64,000 nt of DNA from Eledone cirrhosa (lineage: Eukaryota): positions 19,530,001-19,594,000 of the forward strand of contig OZ024747.1 in assembly GCA_964016885.1 (NCBI GenBank), written 5' to 3'. The notes under the pieces are model-generated. The model was not told where the DNA came from, searched no databases, and was given only the letters and a program-made list of their open reading frames with translations. A program made the position numbers and the translations under genes. Shown piece after piece: positions 14,236 through 30,030 of the stretch (the first letter of the stretch is position 1; the number at the start of each line of letters is the position of its first letter).

Positions 14236-14294
14236 AATATGTATATATATATATATATGCATATATATATATGTATATATATATATATATGCAT

Positions 14295-14325
<31 letters not shown>

Positions 14326-14326
14326 A

Positions 14327-15470
<1,144 letters not shown>

Positions 15471-16934
15471 ACATATATATATATATATATATTACTTTGA
15501 CTAGAACCGAGTCAAACCGGGACTACATAAATGAGTAGATAAATATAGACATTTAGTATATAGTCATGAAAACAAGTCAAACTTACTTATTTGCCTGAAA
15601 CTAGGTTTAGTTTTAGTGAATTGAAACTGGGATTGTCCGTTCGTCATTAATACATGAATTTATTTAGATTTCTAATGATATGAATTGGAAATAGTTGGAA
15701 GATAATGTTATAAAGAAGTATCCCATTCTATTACCTGATATATTACAATTGATTCAAATAGTTTCAAACAATGCTATTAGTATCTTTTTACCAGATACTA
15801 AAACAATGTACGGATCGAAATAGTTGATAAGATAATTTCTCGTGTTTTGTTTTACAAACGCTACATATAAGGAGAGAACGTTCTACTAAGACCTGGACTG
15901 CCTGACAATATTCACACCGTCTATGTACTACACTCCTGTTATCTGACCACGAACGGAAATAAACCAACAAGTCAGATTAAAGTAAGAGACCATCTATTTT
16001 ACAATCTGGTTTGAAATCTTGTGTCGATTTTATTTAACTTACAAAGTTTGTTTCAAACACATCCTAAAATGTCTCATCTTCTGAAGTCAATAGGATTTCG
16101 TCCCAATCCCTAGATATATATACCACAGAATACAAATATTTGAGAGTATTTACCTTATCTTACAGCTCCGAGAGACATATAAATTCTGTTCATAACTTTA
16201 TTGGAAAGTACGTTACGTTAAAAGATACTAATTGTTCACACACACACACACACACACACACACGCGCATGTACACACATGCACACATACATACACACGTA
16301 CATAAATTTACACACACGTACGCATACAAACACACACACACACACACACGCAAGCACATACTCACACGAACACACACGTACACACAGGCACACACATGCA
16401 CCCAAAGACATAGACACAACTATGATAACTGGAGCTTGCTCTTGTCAATATATGTAAAAATTTGAAAAAAATCTATGAAAATATAACTCATTCTGATTAT
16501 GACACCAATATTTCACTCAGAATTGTCTCCCCTGAAACCTCATCTCTGAGTAGCCAGAGTAGTAAGACACACCCATGAGAGCTGGACAGCAGAAGGTCTT
16601 CAGAAAAGAAACTCACCCATGTAAATATTTCAGCCCTAACCACCGACAAGTTATAAAAGTGGGCAATATAGAAGTAAGTGTATCATCAAGAAGCCCAGAA
16701 AAATTCCTTTCAGAGATAGGTACACAAATCCTATTTACTGGTTCTATAATACTTAAGTTTTCAGCCATTTCTTATATACATATCTTTGCATTAATTGAAT
16801 TTGAGCCCAGTGACTCAATAAGTCCCAACTACCGAGAACAGAGGATTAATTCGAAATACTTTATTTGTATTGTAGTTTATCTGCAATGTATCCCTCTGAT
16901 GGATGCTATTATTTGTTTGTTATATGAAATCACT

Positions 16935-17145
16935 TGTTTGAGTGGTTAGAGAATTGGATTCGCAATCGTGAAGTTGTGAGTTCGATTCCTGGACCGAGCA
17001 ATGCGTTATGTCCTTGAGCAAGACACTTTATTTCTTGTTGCTCCTTCTACCAGGAGTTGTGACCGATAGTTAGTATTAGCAATTGGAAAGACCAACGGAA
17101 ACATTATTTCCTCGGTTCGATTTGACGAAAGTCGATCGACTGTCG
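16935..17145 (+). mobile_element. tRNA-derived SINE family B (CORE-like central motif)
   Basis: gagtggttaga A box, gagttcgattcc B box, tgtccttgagcaagacactt motif; copies at 35143-35352 and 59104-59318. Confidence 0.87.
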
Positions 17146-17239
17146 ATACAAATAATAGTTTTATCTATTTTAAGTGATTCACCGAATTACAGAATATAAT
17201 ATCCTAATGTGATTAAAACTGTATCGACAGTCGATCGAC

Positions 17240-17307
<68 letters not shown>

Positions 17308-17461
17308 ATGAATGAATTATTTCCGTCGGAAAGGTACAGGAAAAAAGAGTGCTCTATGTAGGATGCAGATCTTATTAGTTATGTAATAAACAACATAAGA
17401 TTATTATTTCATTTAACAGTGGTTTCTTGACGGCAGATGTTATGTCTGTCTTCAGTCGTCA

Positions 17462-17494
<33 letters not shown>

Positions 17495-18644
17495 CTTTAT
17501 CTTCTTCTTCTTCTTCTTCTTCTTCTTCTTCTTCTTCTCTCTTTTCTCTCTCTCTTCCCCCCCCCCCCGTCAAACTTGGGCGAAATTCTTTCCTTGCTCA
17601 CATTTCAACCAGGTTTGATGGTCTTTTGTCTCTTGTTCACGATTTCACCGAGTTTATATTCATAGAGATCTGGGACTTGTCTATTTCTTCTCCCTTTCCG
17701 TTGCTTAAACTTTTTTGTTTGTTACCCTGGCGTCCCCTTTGTTTACGTGTCCCAACGACTTTTTTTAGCCGTTGTTCGCACCAACCTGAGGCATATGGCC
17801 CTTAAAGCGATGAAATGCCTGGGACGGTTGGAGGGTCACTGATGAAGGACCTACTTTTTCACATGCCCCACCATTTGCAACGGGCAGCCTATTATTTTCA
17901 TATTTACACATCATTTTTATTCTGCTGCCACTCGTCTGTTCGTTTTTACCCTTTCTAGCAGTCTCTTTCTCTGTTAGCCTCCTCCTCAACTTTCACTCAC
18001 TCATTCTCTGTCACTACCTCTCCTCCTCCTCTTTCCTCCTCCTCCTTCAAGTTTGACCTGTGTGTAATTCTTTTCTCGCGCGGTCTTGACCAAGCTGGTA
18101 TGGACATTTTTTTCTCTCTCTCTTTCGTCTGCGACTTCACAAAACTTACGTTTACCGAATTCGTAGACCAGACCCCTTTATCTTCTTCTTCTTCTTCTTC
18201 TTCTTCTTCTTCTTCTTCTTCTTCTTCTTCTTCTTCTTCTTCTTCTTCTTCTTCTTCTTCTTCTTCTTCTTCTTCTTCTTCCTCTTCTCTCTTTTCTCTC
18301 TCTCTTTTTTCCCCCCCGTCAAACTTGGGCGAAATTCTTTCCTTGCTCACATTTCAACCAGGTTTGATGGTCTTTTGTCTCTTGTTCACGATTTCACCGA
18401 GTTTATATTCATAGAGATCTGGGACTTGTCTATTTCTTCTCACTTTCCGTTGCTTAAACTTTTTTGTTTGTTACCCTGGCGTCCCCTTTGTTTACGTGTC
18501 CCAACGACTTTTTTTAGCCGTTGTTCGCACCAACCTGAGGCATATGGCCCTTAAAGCGATGAAATGCCTGGGACGGTTGGAGGGTCACTGATGAAGGACC
18601 TACTTTTTCACATGCCCCACCATTTGCAACGGGCAGCCTATTAT

Positions 18645-18650
<6 letters not shown>
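17495..18650. repeat. Tandem duplication with ~750-bp period containing a variable (CTT)n tract; (TA)n-flanked
   Basis: 17567-17902 nearly identical to 18316-18651; (CTT)n at about 17500-17537 and 18181-18281. Confidence 0.85.
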
Positions 18651-18710
<60 letters not shown>

Positions 18711-18712
<2 letters not shown>

Positions 18713-19173
18713 AAGGCGGGTAAAATTCTCGAGATCCATGGACGAGTTCTCTCAAGCGGTCTCTGTCCCTCATTATCGCTGCCATGTACTGCGTTCCAAC
18801 AGACCAGTGTCTGTCATTAGGGCATCAACATACGTTAACCTTGGTCTTCCTCTTTTAGTGTGTCCATGTAGGGGCTTCCAAAGCTTGAGATCGGTGTGGA
18901 AGTCGGACCTTCGTAGAGACCTGAAAGTCTGCCTCTTCATTGCTGTAGTGGAGTCTGTGCTGCTGTATGGGTCTGAGACTTGGACACTGACCAAGAAACT
19001 CACTCAGATGGTGGATGGGTGCTACACGAGAATGTTGAGGATGGCTCTGAACATTAATCAGTATACACTGAGGATGAAAAACTCAGAGCTGTATGGGAGC
19101 ATCCCAAAAGTGAGCTCAAAAGTGACACAGAGGAGACTGAGGTTAGCTGGACATGCTCACCGACATCCAGATT

Positions 19174-19175
<2 letters not shown>
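18711..19175 (-). mobile_element. RTE-clade LINE, 5'-truncated with inverted 5' segment
   Basis: Plus strand 18885-19175 encodes VESVLLYGSETWTLTK...RRLRLAGHAHRHPDL; minus strand 18884-18711 encodes the downstream LWKPLHGHTKRGRPRLTYVD and ends at (TA)n. Confidence 0.88.
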
Positions 19176-19209
<34 letters not shown>

Positions 19210-19214
<5 letters not shown>

Positions 19215-19337
19215 TACGATCTGATTTCAAATCCCGCCGAGGTTGACTTTGCCTTTCATCCTTACAGGGTCGATAAAATAAAGTACCAGTAATGCACAGG
19301 GTAATTGCTGGCCTTGTGCCTAAAGTAGAAACAATTA
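19210..19337 (+). mobile_element. SINE family A, 5'-truncated
   Basis: Matches family A 3' half. Confidence 0.8.
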
Positions 19338-19476
19338 TATTCAAACTATACCGAATTTATATAATTAGAAACCTAAATAAGTATTTGGTGTACATATATT
19401 CACAGTTTTAAACGGAGTAGGATTTTATTTTCTGTAATTCGGTGAATTTAATTAAAATACATAAAACTATTATTTG

Positions 19477-19508
<32 letters not shown>

Positions 19509-19754
19509 AAAGGTAAACAGAAATAACAACACAATGGGTACAGTATATATATAGTAATAATAATAAATGTGAAGACTAAAATCCGAAGAGGGCTCGATAA
19601 GGATAATATATATATAAATATATATAAAAAACCGTAGAGCAAATGTTTATTAAAATAACAGATTAAAGTTTAAGCAGATCGCGTTAAGGGTGAAAGCAGC
19701 GATTCTTTGCTTAAACTTTAATCTGTTATTTTAATATATATATATATATATATA

Positions 19755-19853
19755 TAATTGTTTCTACTTTTGGCACAAGGCCAGCAATTATTCCAGTATA
19801 TTACTGGTACTTTATTTTATCGACCCCGTAAGGATGAAAGGCAAAGTTAACCT
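19755..19853 (-). mobile_element. SINE family A 3' fragment
   Basis: Matches family A tail. Confidence 0.78.
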
Positions 19854-20947
19854 ATAATGTTGTAAAGCTCGCTGGAACTATAGAACTGGTAGAATCCGAA
19901 CTATTGAATTTGAATTCGGAAAGCAGAATCCTAATGCACACCAGTGAAACGTCTAACTGCAACTCTCAGTTAAAAGCAAAACACTTCGCAATGTTGATAT
20001 CTAATAAATGATTACGAAAAGAAAGTTTTGAATGGAATGAGAACCTAAAGCCAATATGATATATTTTAGTTCAGAGAGGTTCCACAAAATTTTTGCTTTG
20101 TGTTTGTTTAAATCTTTGTTTTGTATTTATTTGAAAAGTTTCTGCAAGTGCTGCAAAGAAAGGTGTTAAACGTTAGAGACAGATATGACCTTAACTGCAA
20201 CTATTCGTAAGCCGTTGAATGTAATTAGGTTGTTTTTGTTGATCTCCGTACTGACTTCTCAAGATGTACCGGAGCTTATACTGATTTATTGCTATTGACA
20301 AATCTGACATTTGCCATCCACTGAGCAATATACCTAATAACAAGAGTAGTAGGAGAAGTCGAAATAACAAGAGTCAACCTGCAGATTTTATAGTTTTCAG
20401 TCAACGACCACCGATGATACAGCTGCTGTATCATCTTCTGGTTCTGAAACCTCTTGCATTATTACAGCTGAAAGCGGCAACGTAAAGCTGAGGATTAATC
20501 TCGCTGTAAACTGTTAGTATTTAAACAGAGATTTATTGTTACATATAAAAAGTTAAGGTATTTATTTTGCCATTATCCGTCTCTGAAACCTTATATACTA
20601 TCAGTTGGAATTAAGATTTCTAACCAACCACTTGACTATATCTAAACTAGATCTAAGGGGAAAAATATTAGCATTCAAACTGTTTGTTACGTTTTGATAA
20701 GGGGGAATATTTTTTCTTATTCCTGGTAGAAACTCTAAAGCTGTTTCGATCGTGAAAATTTCATGAAGGATGACAAAAGTTTTCTTACTGATCGTAGTAG
20801 GCTATAAATTCTTTGGTTGTTAAATAGTATGCTTAGGATTTTAGTGGTAATATTGATTTCGTACTAAGCGACGTTGCAGTATACTGAAAGAAACCAAGAA
20901 ATGGTTTCGATTTTCTGAAATGCGAGTTCAGTTCATCGTCCATCTAA

Positions 20948-21030
20948 TGTGCGTACCAATTGCAGCATCATATATTTGCGTACCAATTGCAGCATCATAT
21001 ATGTGCGTACCAATTGCAGCATCATATATT
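20948..21030. repeat. 27-bp tandem repeat x3 (tgcgtaccaattgcagcatcatatat core)
   Basis: Read directly. Confidence 0.85.
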
Positions 21031-21155
21031 TGATTGACTAAAATTATCGGTTTCGTATTATGTGATCTAGAAACTATTTAGTTACGTCATTGCACGTTAT
21101 GGAAAGTAGCTTTATTTAGAAATACGCTTTTTCATTTCATGATTTCTGATTCAAA

Positions 21156-21328
<173 letters not shown>

Positions 21329-21919
21329 GGTTCATTTGGTATATTACAACACCCTCTGTTATATATATATATATATATATGTGTGTATATATATATATAT
21401 GTGTGTATATATATATATATATATGTGTGTGTGTATGCATATATATGTATATATATATATGCATATATATATACACACACATATTTATATGTATATATAT
21501 CTATATATATATATATAAATATGTGTGTGTATATATATATATATGCATCTCTATATACATATATATATATATATACACACACACACATATATATATATAT
21601 ATACACACACACACATATATATATATTTATAACAAAGAGGGTGTTGTATATATATGTATATATGTATATATATATATATATGTGTGTATATATATATATA
21701 TATTTATATATGTACATATCTTTATATATATGTAGATATCTTTATATGTATCTATCTATATATATATCTATATATATATTTCTCTATATATATGTATATA
21801 TAAATACTATGAATTACCCGTATTTTGTTTAATTTCATTGTTTTCACTATTTGTATTATGTATATATATATATGGATATATATATGAAGATATGAAGATA
21901 TATGGTTGCCTAAACACTG

Positions 21920-22140
21920 TACGGCGTAATTCGGGCTGTTTGTTTACAAACAAACAAACCGAGCATTATAATAAATGTTCGGTAAACCGATACGTGCATA
22001 TATATGTGTGCATGTATGTATATATATATATATACATACTACTGTACGTCTGTATACATATATGTATGTACGTATACATACATACTTACACTTAAGTAAG
22101 TGCCGTACTAAGAGTGAGAAATGAAATTTCGTTTCATTCT
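21920..22140 (+). mobile_element. Fragment of HHR family 5 element (no HHR in this piece)
   Basis: Reverse complement of about 8490-8700. Confidence 0.75.
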
Positions 22141-22898
22141 ATTCCATATATGAAGATCAATTTTCTGTAGGCACAAAGCAGCTACCAAGTTCACAAATTT
22201 CAAACCAACACGATTCGATCCAGCAATCTCAATATTCGAGCTGAACCATCCGAATTTTAACGTACTGAATACATACCATCCCAATGTTATTAGCTGTCAA
22301 CTGACCGACTGGTCACTAGATTAACATCATAAGTCTCCTAACTTTTCTTTCACTCTCTCTCCCTAAAGCCACATCAACCCCATTAAGATAAGACAATCAG
22401 CATGCTAAACATTTACCTCACACACATACATATATCAAAATCCTCCTTCCCCGTCCTTAGCCCTACCCCTCATGTATCATCCTCGTATCTCTCACTTAAT
22501 TTTTAATTTATTATTTTTTATCTTTTATCTTCTGTCATTTGTTACTACTTTTTATTCTCTACTTCTAAACCTCTGAGATTTGACCACCACGTACGTATGT
22601 ATCCAATGTTGCTTTTCATGTTAGTATTATCTCCACGCTCACATCTTTATACATACACTACCACTACTATTATCAGCAATCGTATTCTGTACTTATTATA
22701 TATTTTTACTTTTTTTTACATCTGTAACTTCTTTACCTCTTTATCATTATCTATTATTACGGGGTCGATAAAATAAAGTACCAGTAATGCACTGGTGAAT
22801 TGCTAGCCTTGTGCCTAAAGTAGAAACAATTATTATTGATGTTATTGTTTTGATTCTACTTTGTACCTATATATACCAATGCCATATGTGAATTCTCT

Positions 22899-23011
22899 AG
22901 TATTCTGATGATTTGATCAGAGGTAAACACTGTATTTAAGGTCAAGTGACGCAACTTCGAGTGATTAGCGGCCTTTAGATTCACCTGATCGATGAAACAA
23001 TTGTTAATACT
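22899..23011 (+). ncRNA. Type I hammerhead ribozyme with long stem II insert (family 9)
   Basis: agtatt-CTGATGA-t ttgatcag...ctgatcga t-GAAA-caattg-TT-aatact, then AATAAA and (TA)n. Confidence 0.8.
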
Positions 23012-23055
23012 TGAAATAAAACCCCCTGTTGTACAGCCTACCATGTTATCCTTCA

Positions 23056-23131
<76 letters not shown>

Positions 23132-23597
23132 ATGTGTGTGTGTGTGTGGGTGTGTATCTAGATCTCACCTGAATAAATCATTATTTCTTGAATAGTGTTC
23201 CCAATAGATGTCGTAAAGTAGTATATTTAGACTACATGATAGAATTACTGTTATTAATGTTATCATGAACAACATGTTTCGTGACTCTAAATGAATTATT
23301 ATTAGAGGTGGGTGTGTTAGTAGTGTTGCTATTGGTTAAGGTCTAAATACTTAGAAATCGACTGATATTTTATACCATATGCTAGATAGAGCTCAATAAA
23401 AATACTAATCGATAAATCAGGGAAATAATGGTGAATAAATTTCTGATATTGTATTATATCTGAAGTGTTCAAGTACTGAAGCCAATATGATTGGACAGAT
23501 TGTTTAAAAGGAAATTGTCATCATAGAGATGCTTGTCACTTTCACCAAGTTGGTGAACATTGTAAGTTGTTTAGCCTGAAGATCATATAGTTCCGTG

Positions 23598-23705
23598 AAT
23601 GTATGTATGTATGTATGTATGTATGTATGTATGTATGTATGTATGTATGTATGTATGTATGTATGTATGTATGTATGTATGTATGTATGCATGTATGTAT
23701 GTATT
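23598..23705. repeat. (TATG)n microsatellite
   Basis: Read directly. Confidence 0.95.
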
Positions 23706-23725
23706 TTTGTTTGTATTTATGTATT

Positions 23726-23775
<50 letters not shown>

Positions 23776-24360
23776 TATGTATGCATATTTGAATGTATGT
23801 ATGCAAGTATGTATGTATTCATGTATGCAAGTATGTATAAATGTATTCATGTATGTATGCGTGGATATAATAATATATGCATGCATGTATGTATGTATGT
23901 ATGTATGTATGTATTCATGCATGCACCTATGTAGGCATGTATACGAGGCTCGTGTGTATATATGTAATCATATATGAATGTATGCAGTTATATAGGTGTG
24001 GGAACATGCTTATATATATATGTACGTATTATATATGTTCAAATATGAGTATGTGTGCGTGGGTAGGGTGTTAAGTATCGAAAAGTTTCAAGATCGTCCC
24101 CAAGCAAATTACTATTAAAAAGTGATTAATCAATATTATGAGTGGACAGAAAGATTCTTGTGTATAACTCGATAGAGTAGCTTACTTACGATGGGGTGAC
24201 AGTGTCTATCAACATATATGTTAGCATACCTGTAAATAATCTGTATAGAGATAAACATAGATGAACTCATTCTCCAAAAATAACAGATTAAAGTTTAAGC
24301 AAAGAATCGCTTATCATTATCGAGCCCTCTTTGGATTTTAGTCTTCAAATTTATTATTAT

Positions 24361-24867
<507 letters not shown>

Positions 24868-25461
24868 TATATACAAAGGCATGGTCAGCATACGAAGCAT
24901 TGAGTAACGTGAAGTTTGAAAATATACAATGCATGTGAAAAATACAAATTCTTTCAATGTCATGTTTTGGGGCACGACGTTTATAACTAACTCGTGGCGG
25001 AGACAATATGTGAAGACCAGGATATAGGTGAGGACTATGTTAGAGTATTGAAAAATGAAATACACATCATAGATTTACGCATCTCAAATGATGCAGAAGC
25101 TTACTAGAGCTGCAGGGAGCAAGTATGCTTAAACATTCTGGTATTACACCAGAAGCAACAAAAGCATTCTTTGACGTGACACACGCACAAACACACAGTA
25201 ACACACACGCACACACACACATACACACACACACACACACACAGAAACACACACACATATATATACATATAACAAAGAAAGTGTGGTAAGAAACCAGGTG
25301 GACCATAACGCACCAGAGTACTCGATACTTAGGGTTGTAGAGTAGGTAATAGGAAAAGAGTCAGGACCCCGAGGCTGAGCTCCGGCCGTTTCGAATGAGA
25401 AATAAGATAGATTGAGGGTACGGGTGGGTTGGAATTGTCTTTAGACAAAAATCTCAGGTCC

Positions 25462-25504
<43 letters not shown>

Positions 25505-25516
<12 letters not shown>

Positions 25517-25969
25517 AGATCAAAAGATGGTTTAAAGAGTTCGATGTATTTTATTATGCGCATTTCAAAAACAAATATCATCATGCAATAATATTTGTAT
25601 GTTCATCAGATAAAATAGGGAGACATGATATGAAGGTTAAAACACACTTGTGAATAGTGCAGTTTTAAATCAACATATATGTTGATTTAAAACTGCACTA
25701 TTCATATATGTTGATTTAAAACTGCACTATTCATATATGTTGATTTAAAACTGCACTATTCACAAGTGTTTTTTAACCTTCATATCATGTCTTCCTATTT
25801 TATCTGATGAAAACACAAATATTATTGCATGATGATAATAAAATACATGGAACTCTTTTAACCATCTTTTGATCTTATATATTATGTATACTCCAGTCCT
25901 ACAAACTGTAGAGTGCTTCTTATCAGATATCTGCATTGCTTTATTGTACTACAATAAAACTCACCTCCT

Positions 25970-25975
<6 letters not shown>
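25505..25975. mobile_element. PLE pLTR fold-back (HHR family 10) with triplicated 29-mer at the apex
   Basis: Left arm about 25509-25677, right arm to about 25882; homologue at 62965-63215. Confidence 0.8.
25547..25617 (-). ncRNA. Type I minimal hammerhead ribozyme (family 10)
   Basis: Minus strand: tattttat-CTGATGA-...acaaatat/atatttgt...-GAAA-tgcgca-TA-ataaaata. Confidence 0.85.
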
Positions 25976-26005
<30 letters not shown>

Positions 26006-26497
26006 GATATATACATCTCAATCTTATATTTCTCCTAAAACGACCGAATATTTCTGATAGTATGACTACTCAATCAGTTGTGGCCTGAGTCTAAACCCGA
26101 ACAAAAAGAAATAATATCACTGGTACATTTTGAGAGGATCTGGATAAGGGAAGATAAGTAGCCTAGCATTATGGTAACTAGATATAAAAAAAAAAGAAAT
26201 CGAAAAGTTAATCCTCAAAGATAAGTACCAAAACTATTAATCGTTAGTGGTTTATTTTTTCATAGTGGAAATTTTGAGTGAAGGGAATTGCAATGAAAAC
26301 ATAAAGAAGAATGCTATTAAAAATATATTCACAATATATTTGAATTTTGTTTGATCATCCATGTTGGCAAAATATATAACATTTGTTATAAAATAGTAAG
26401 GATATGCAAGATAAATATTGCAATGACGTTCTGTTTAACGCGCTATATAAATTTTAAATTTTGTCTATCACTTCTCTCTTTCCCCCTGTTTCTTTGA

Positions 26498-26545
<48 letters not shown>

Positions 26546-26924
26546 TCAGTTTGTGTATGTCTGTGTGTGAATGCGCGCAAAAATGTGTGTGAAAGTGTGT
26601 ATATATATATGCATATGCATATGTGTATGTATGCATATGCATACATACACACATATGCACCTATATATATATAAAAGTGTGAGTGTGTGTGTGTGCACAT
26701 GTGTGTAAATATATGTTTATGCATATATGTCAGTGTTTGATATGTCAGTGAGTGATAGAACGCGTATGTGTGTGAATGTACATATATAAAAAAGATAACG
26801 TGTTACTAAAGTAGTTTTGATATTCAGATAGACAGGATGTTTCCATGAAACAGATACCTAAAGTGCATCTCATTAAGGATAAAAGGCCGCATTAGTGGAA
26901 CAAAAACACCATGTTGTTGTTTAT

Positions 26925-27180
26925 GCTGCTGTTGATGATCATGATGATGATGCTGATTATGATGATGATGATTATTATCGTAGTTTTTACTCATGGTGTT
27001 TGAAGGTGATAGTAACGATGAAAATGGCGAATGACAACATTAACAAAAATAGTTGTTGATAATAACGAAGAATTATGTTCAAAAGTTAGATGATAACAGT
27101 GGTGGTGGTGGAGGTTCTAGTGGTGGTGGTGGTGGTGGTGGTGATGATGATAGCGAAGATGATGATGATGATGATGATAC
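26925..27180. repeat. Degenerate (GAT)n/(GGT)n low-complexity region
   Basis: Read directly; similar tract at 28390-28530. Confidence 0.8.
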
Positions 27181-27279
27181 CTGCAATGATGTTCGAACTT
27201 ACGATAATGCATAATTAAAACGGCCGCTTAAACTTAGAATAAATGTACTATAGATGTTTGTGTACATAATAATATAGAT

Positions 27280-27426
<147 letters not shown>

Positions 27427-27457
27427 ATGTATGTATATATGTGTATGCAATAATATA

Positions 27458-27529
<72 letters not shown>

Positions 27530-27552
27530 TATATATATAAATGTTTATGCAT

Positions 27553-27586
<34 letters not shown>

Positions 27587-29884
27587 CTATATATCTATAT
27601 ATGCATCTTTATTATTATGTACACAAACATCTATAGTACATTTATTCTAAGTTATATATGCATATATATATATGCATATATATATGCATATATATGCATA
27701 TATATATGCATATATATGCATATATATATGCATATATATATATATATGTATATGAATATATATATATATTCATATGCATATATATATACATATATATGTA
27801 TGTGTGCGTGCGTGTGAACGCATGTGCTTGTATGTGCGTGTTATAATATATATATGAACATATATATATGAACATATATATATGAACATACATATTCAAA
27901 CTTTTAATACTATATATATCTTAAACATGTTCTTATATGTACAAACGTATATAAATATACATACATATATATACACATGCATATATATACATACATATAT
28001 ATACACATACATATATATACACACATATATATACACATACATATATATACATACATATATATACACATACATATATATATATACACATGCATATATGCAT
28101 GTATGTATGCGTGTGTGTGTGTGTGTGTGTGTGTTGGTGCATGAAGAGATAACAAGAGAGTGAGAACTTTTGAAATTGTTGTAAGGCGTAGGAAGCCCAT
28201 ATATTCACATCGACGCACACACCTGCAAATATATAATGATAAGCATTTTACTCCTCGAATATTTAAAATTAAACAGGTATCAGCAAACTTCAAACATTTG
28301 GAGAACAAAAGGATGAATTTATTTTTCAATGAGATAAGCTTGTATTGAAAAAATATTTTTTTTCCTTGAAGAAATTATAAAAATGATATAAATGGTATGG
28401 TTGATGCTGATGTCGTTGGTGCTTGTGTGGGTGTTGATGGTTTTAATGGTAGTTGTGTTTGTGGTGATGATGGTTTTAATGGTAGTTGTATTGGAGGTGA
28501 TGATGGTGATGGTTGTGATAGCTGATATGCTGATTGTGGAATATAACAATTTTTTTTTATTGATGTTGTTTTCACTGCTGTTGTTCAGCCACGTTTCTTC
28601 CCCGTTAAAACATACATATGAATACGGACGACTGGGCTATGGCAATCATTGCATGCTTCCCTAAGTCATGTCAGACCTATTTGTAAGCATAATTACATCT
28701 TCAAGAAGATGCTCTATATTCATCCACCTTCGGTGAATGTAGATTTGACTAGGAGGCGTACATGTCGTCAGACGGTGTCCAGCCTTCGTTGGATATTTCG
28801 ACCCTCAACTTTAACACCTCCTCACTTATGGGTCAGCTGCGGTGTCCAAATTACTCCCCATCGCCACCTTCTGACTTCCGGCTTATCTCTTCTTTTGTGC
28901 TCTGAAGCCAACAAGAGGCCCTTTCTGTTGCCTCTCAAAATTCTGCGAACGACAGCCTTCTCTCTTCTTGTCGTTCCGATAACAGTGAGCCTTCTCCATA
29001 CTACGTGAGTCGGGAATTCCCTGTAGACCACCTGGAATTGAAATAGCCAGGCCTGCGAACCTTGTTTCTTAACACTCTGGCACAAGTTCTTGATATTTGA
29101 CACTCTTTCGCTTAAATGCGCTGCCGCAATCATTTTCTCATTGGGCTGTGGGTTCAATCAGGATTATCTTTTTTATGACGTTTGTTCTTTTCTTCACATT
29201 AATTGTGTTGCTATTGATGATTCCTTTGCTGGTAATATGGGTTTATGATGACAATAGAAATCATAAGTGCAAATCCCACAGAGGTCAATTTTTATTTTTC
29301 TTTCTTCCGATGTCGATAAAATAAAGTACGAGTTAAGTACTGAGGTCGATATATTCGACTTTCCCTTTCCACAAAATTGCTAGCCAGTAGTAGAACTAAT
29401 TGTAGATCACGCTATCATGGTATCGTTTATGTATAATGAAGTCTCTTCAACATTTTCCACAAACTAATTTTAATTTGGCTGCCATTATTCAGTTGATTTG
29501 ACAGGTTATTCTGATACTAACACTAACATTACTCCGTGGTCAAATTATTTACGTGTTGCTTGCACTCAGTAACTAGTGATTGTTGTAATACATTTGATCA
29601 AATAATAGTGATTCAAACCGTTGTCAAGCGATCTATTCTATATAACAGCAACACATTCCTTAACAAATACCGCATTATATTTGTACGACAACGTCGTACA
29701 AATACACACATGCAAACAAACAAACATACATACATACTTGCATATAATTATGTATGTATAGATCCGTCACGCACACGTGTGTCGTAAGAGTGCTGTAGAT
29801 ACATACTACGTGTCAGGCCTGAGTACAGCAGATTTCTTCCACAGAAGTATAGAGCGGGAGACAATGGAAGTGAGAAAGAGACAC

Positions 29885-30030
29885 AATTAGATCGGTACTT
29901 TTTTTTTATTGAACTCGAATGGATGAAAAGTAAAATTGATCTAGGCGGAATTTGAACTCAGACAACCGAAACGAATACCGCAAAGCATTCTATCTAATGT
30001 TCTAACGTCTCTGCAAATTTATGCCATCTT
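29885..30030 (-). mobile_element. Diverged SINE family A relative
   Basis: ggatgaaa...ggcggaatttgaactcag motif. Confidence 0.65.

Noticed and set aside
16935-17000. tRNA-like A and B boxes (also in all SINE heads)
   Set aside because: No full cloverleaf; they continue into SINE bodies, so not called as tRNA genes
20400-20520. Possible exon after tttcag, with a 23-bp hairpin gatgatacagc-t-gctgtatcatc
   Set aside because: No recognisable peptide or convincing donor; a short hairpin alone is weak evidence
25674-25760. 29-bp direct repeats resembling a CRISPR array (also 27-bp repeats at 20948-21030)
   Set aside because: Repeats are contiguous with no spacers, there are no cas genes, and the context is eukaryotic
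28640-29160. GC-richer block with 111-119 aa ORFs, possibly an L1/Tx1 remnant
   Set aside because: No diagnostic motif that I could confirm
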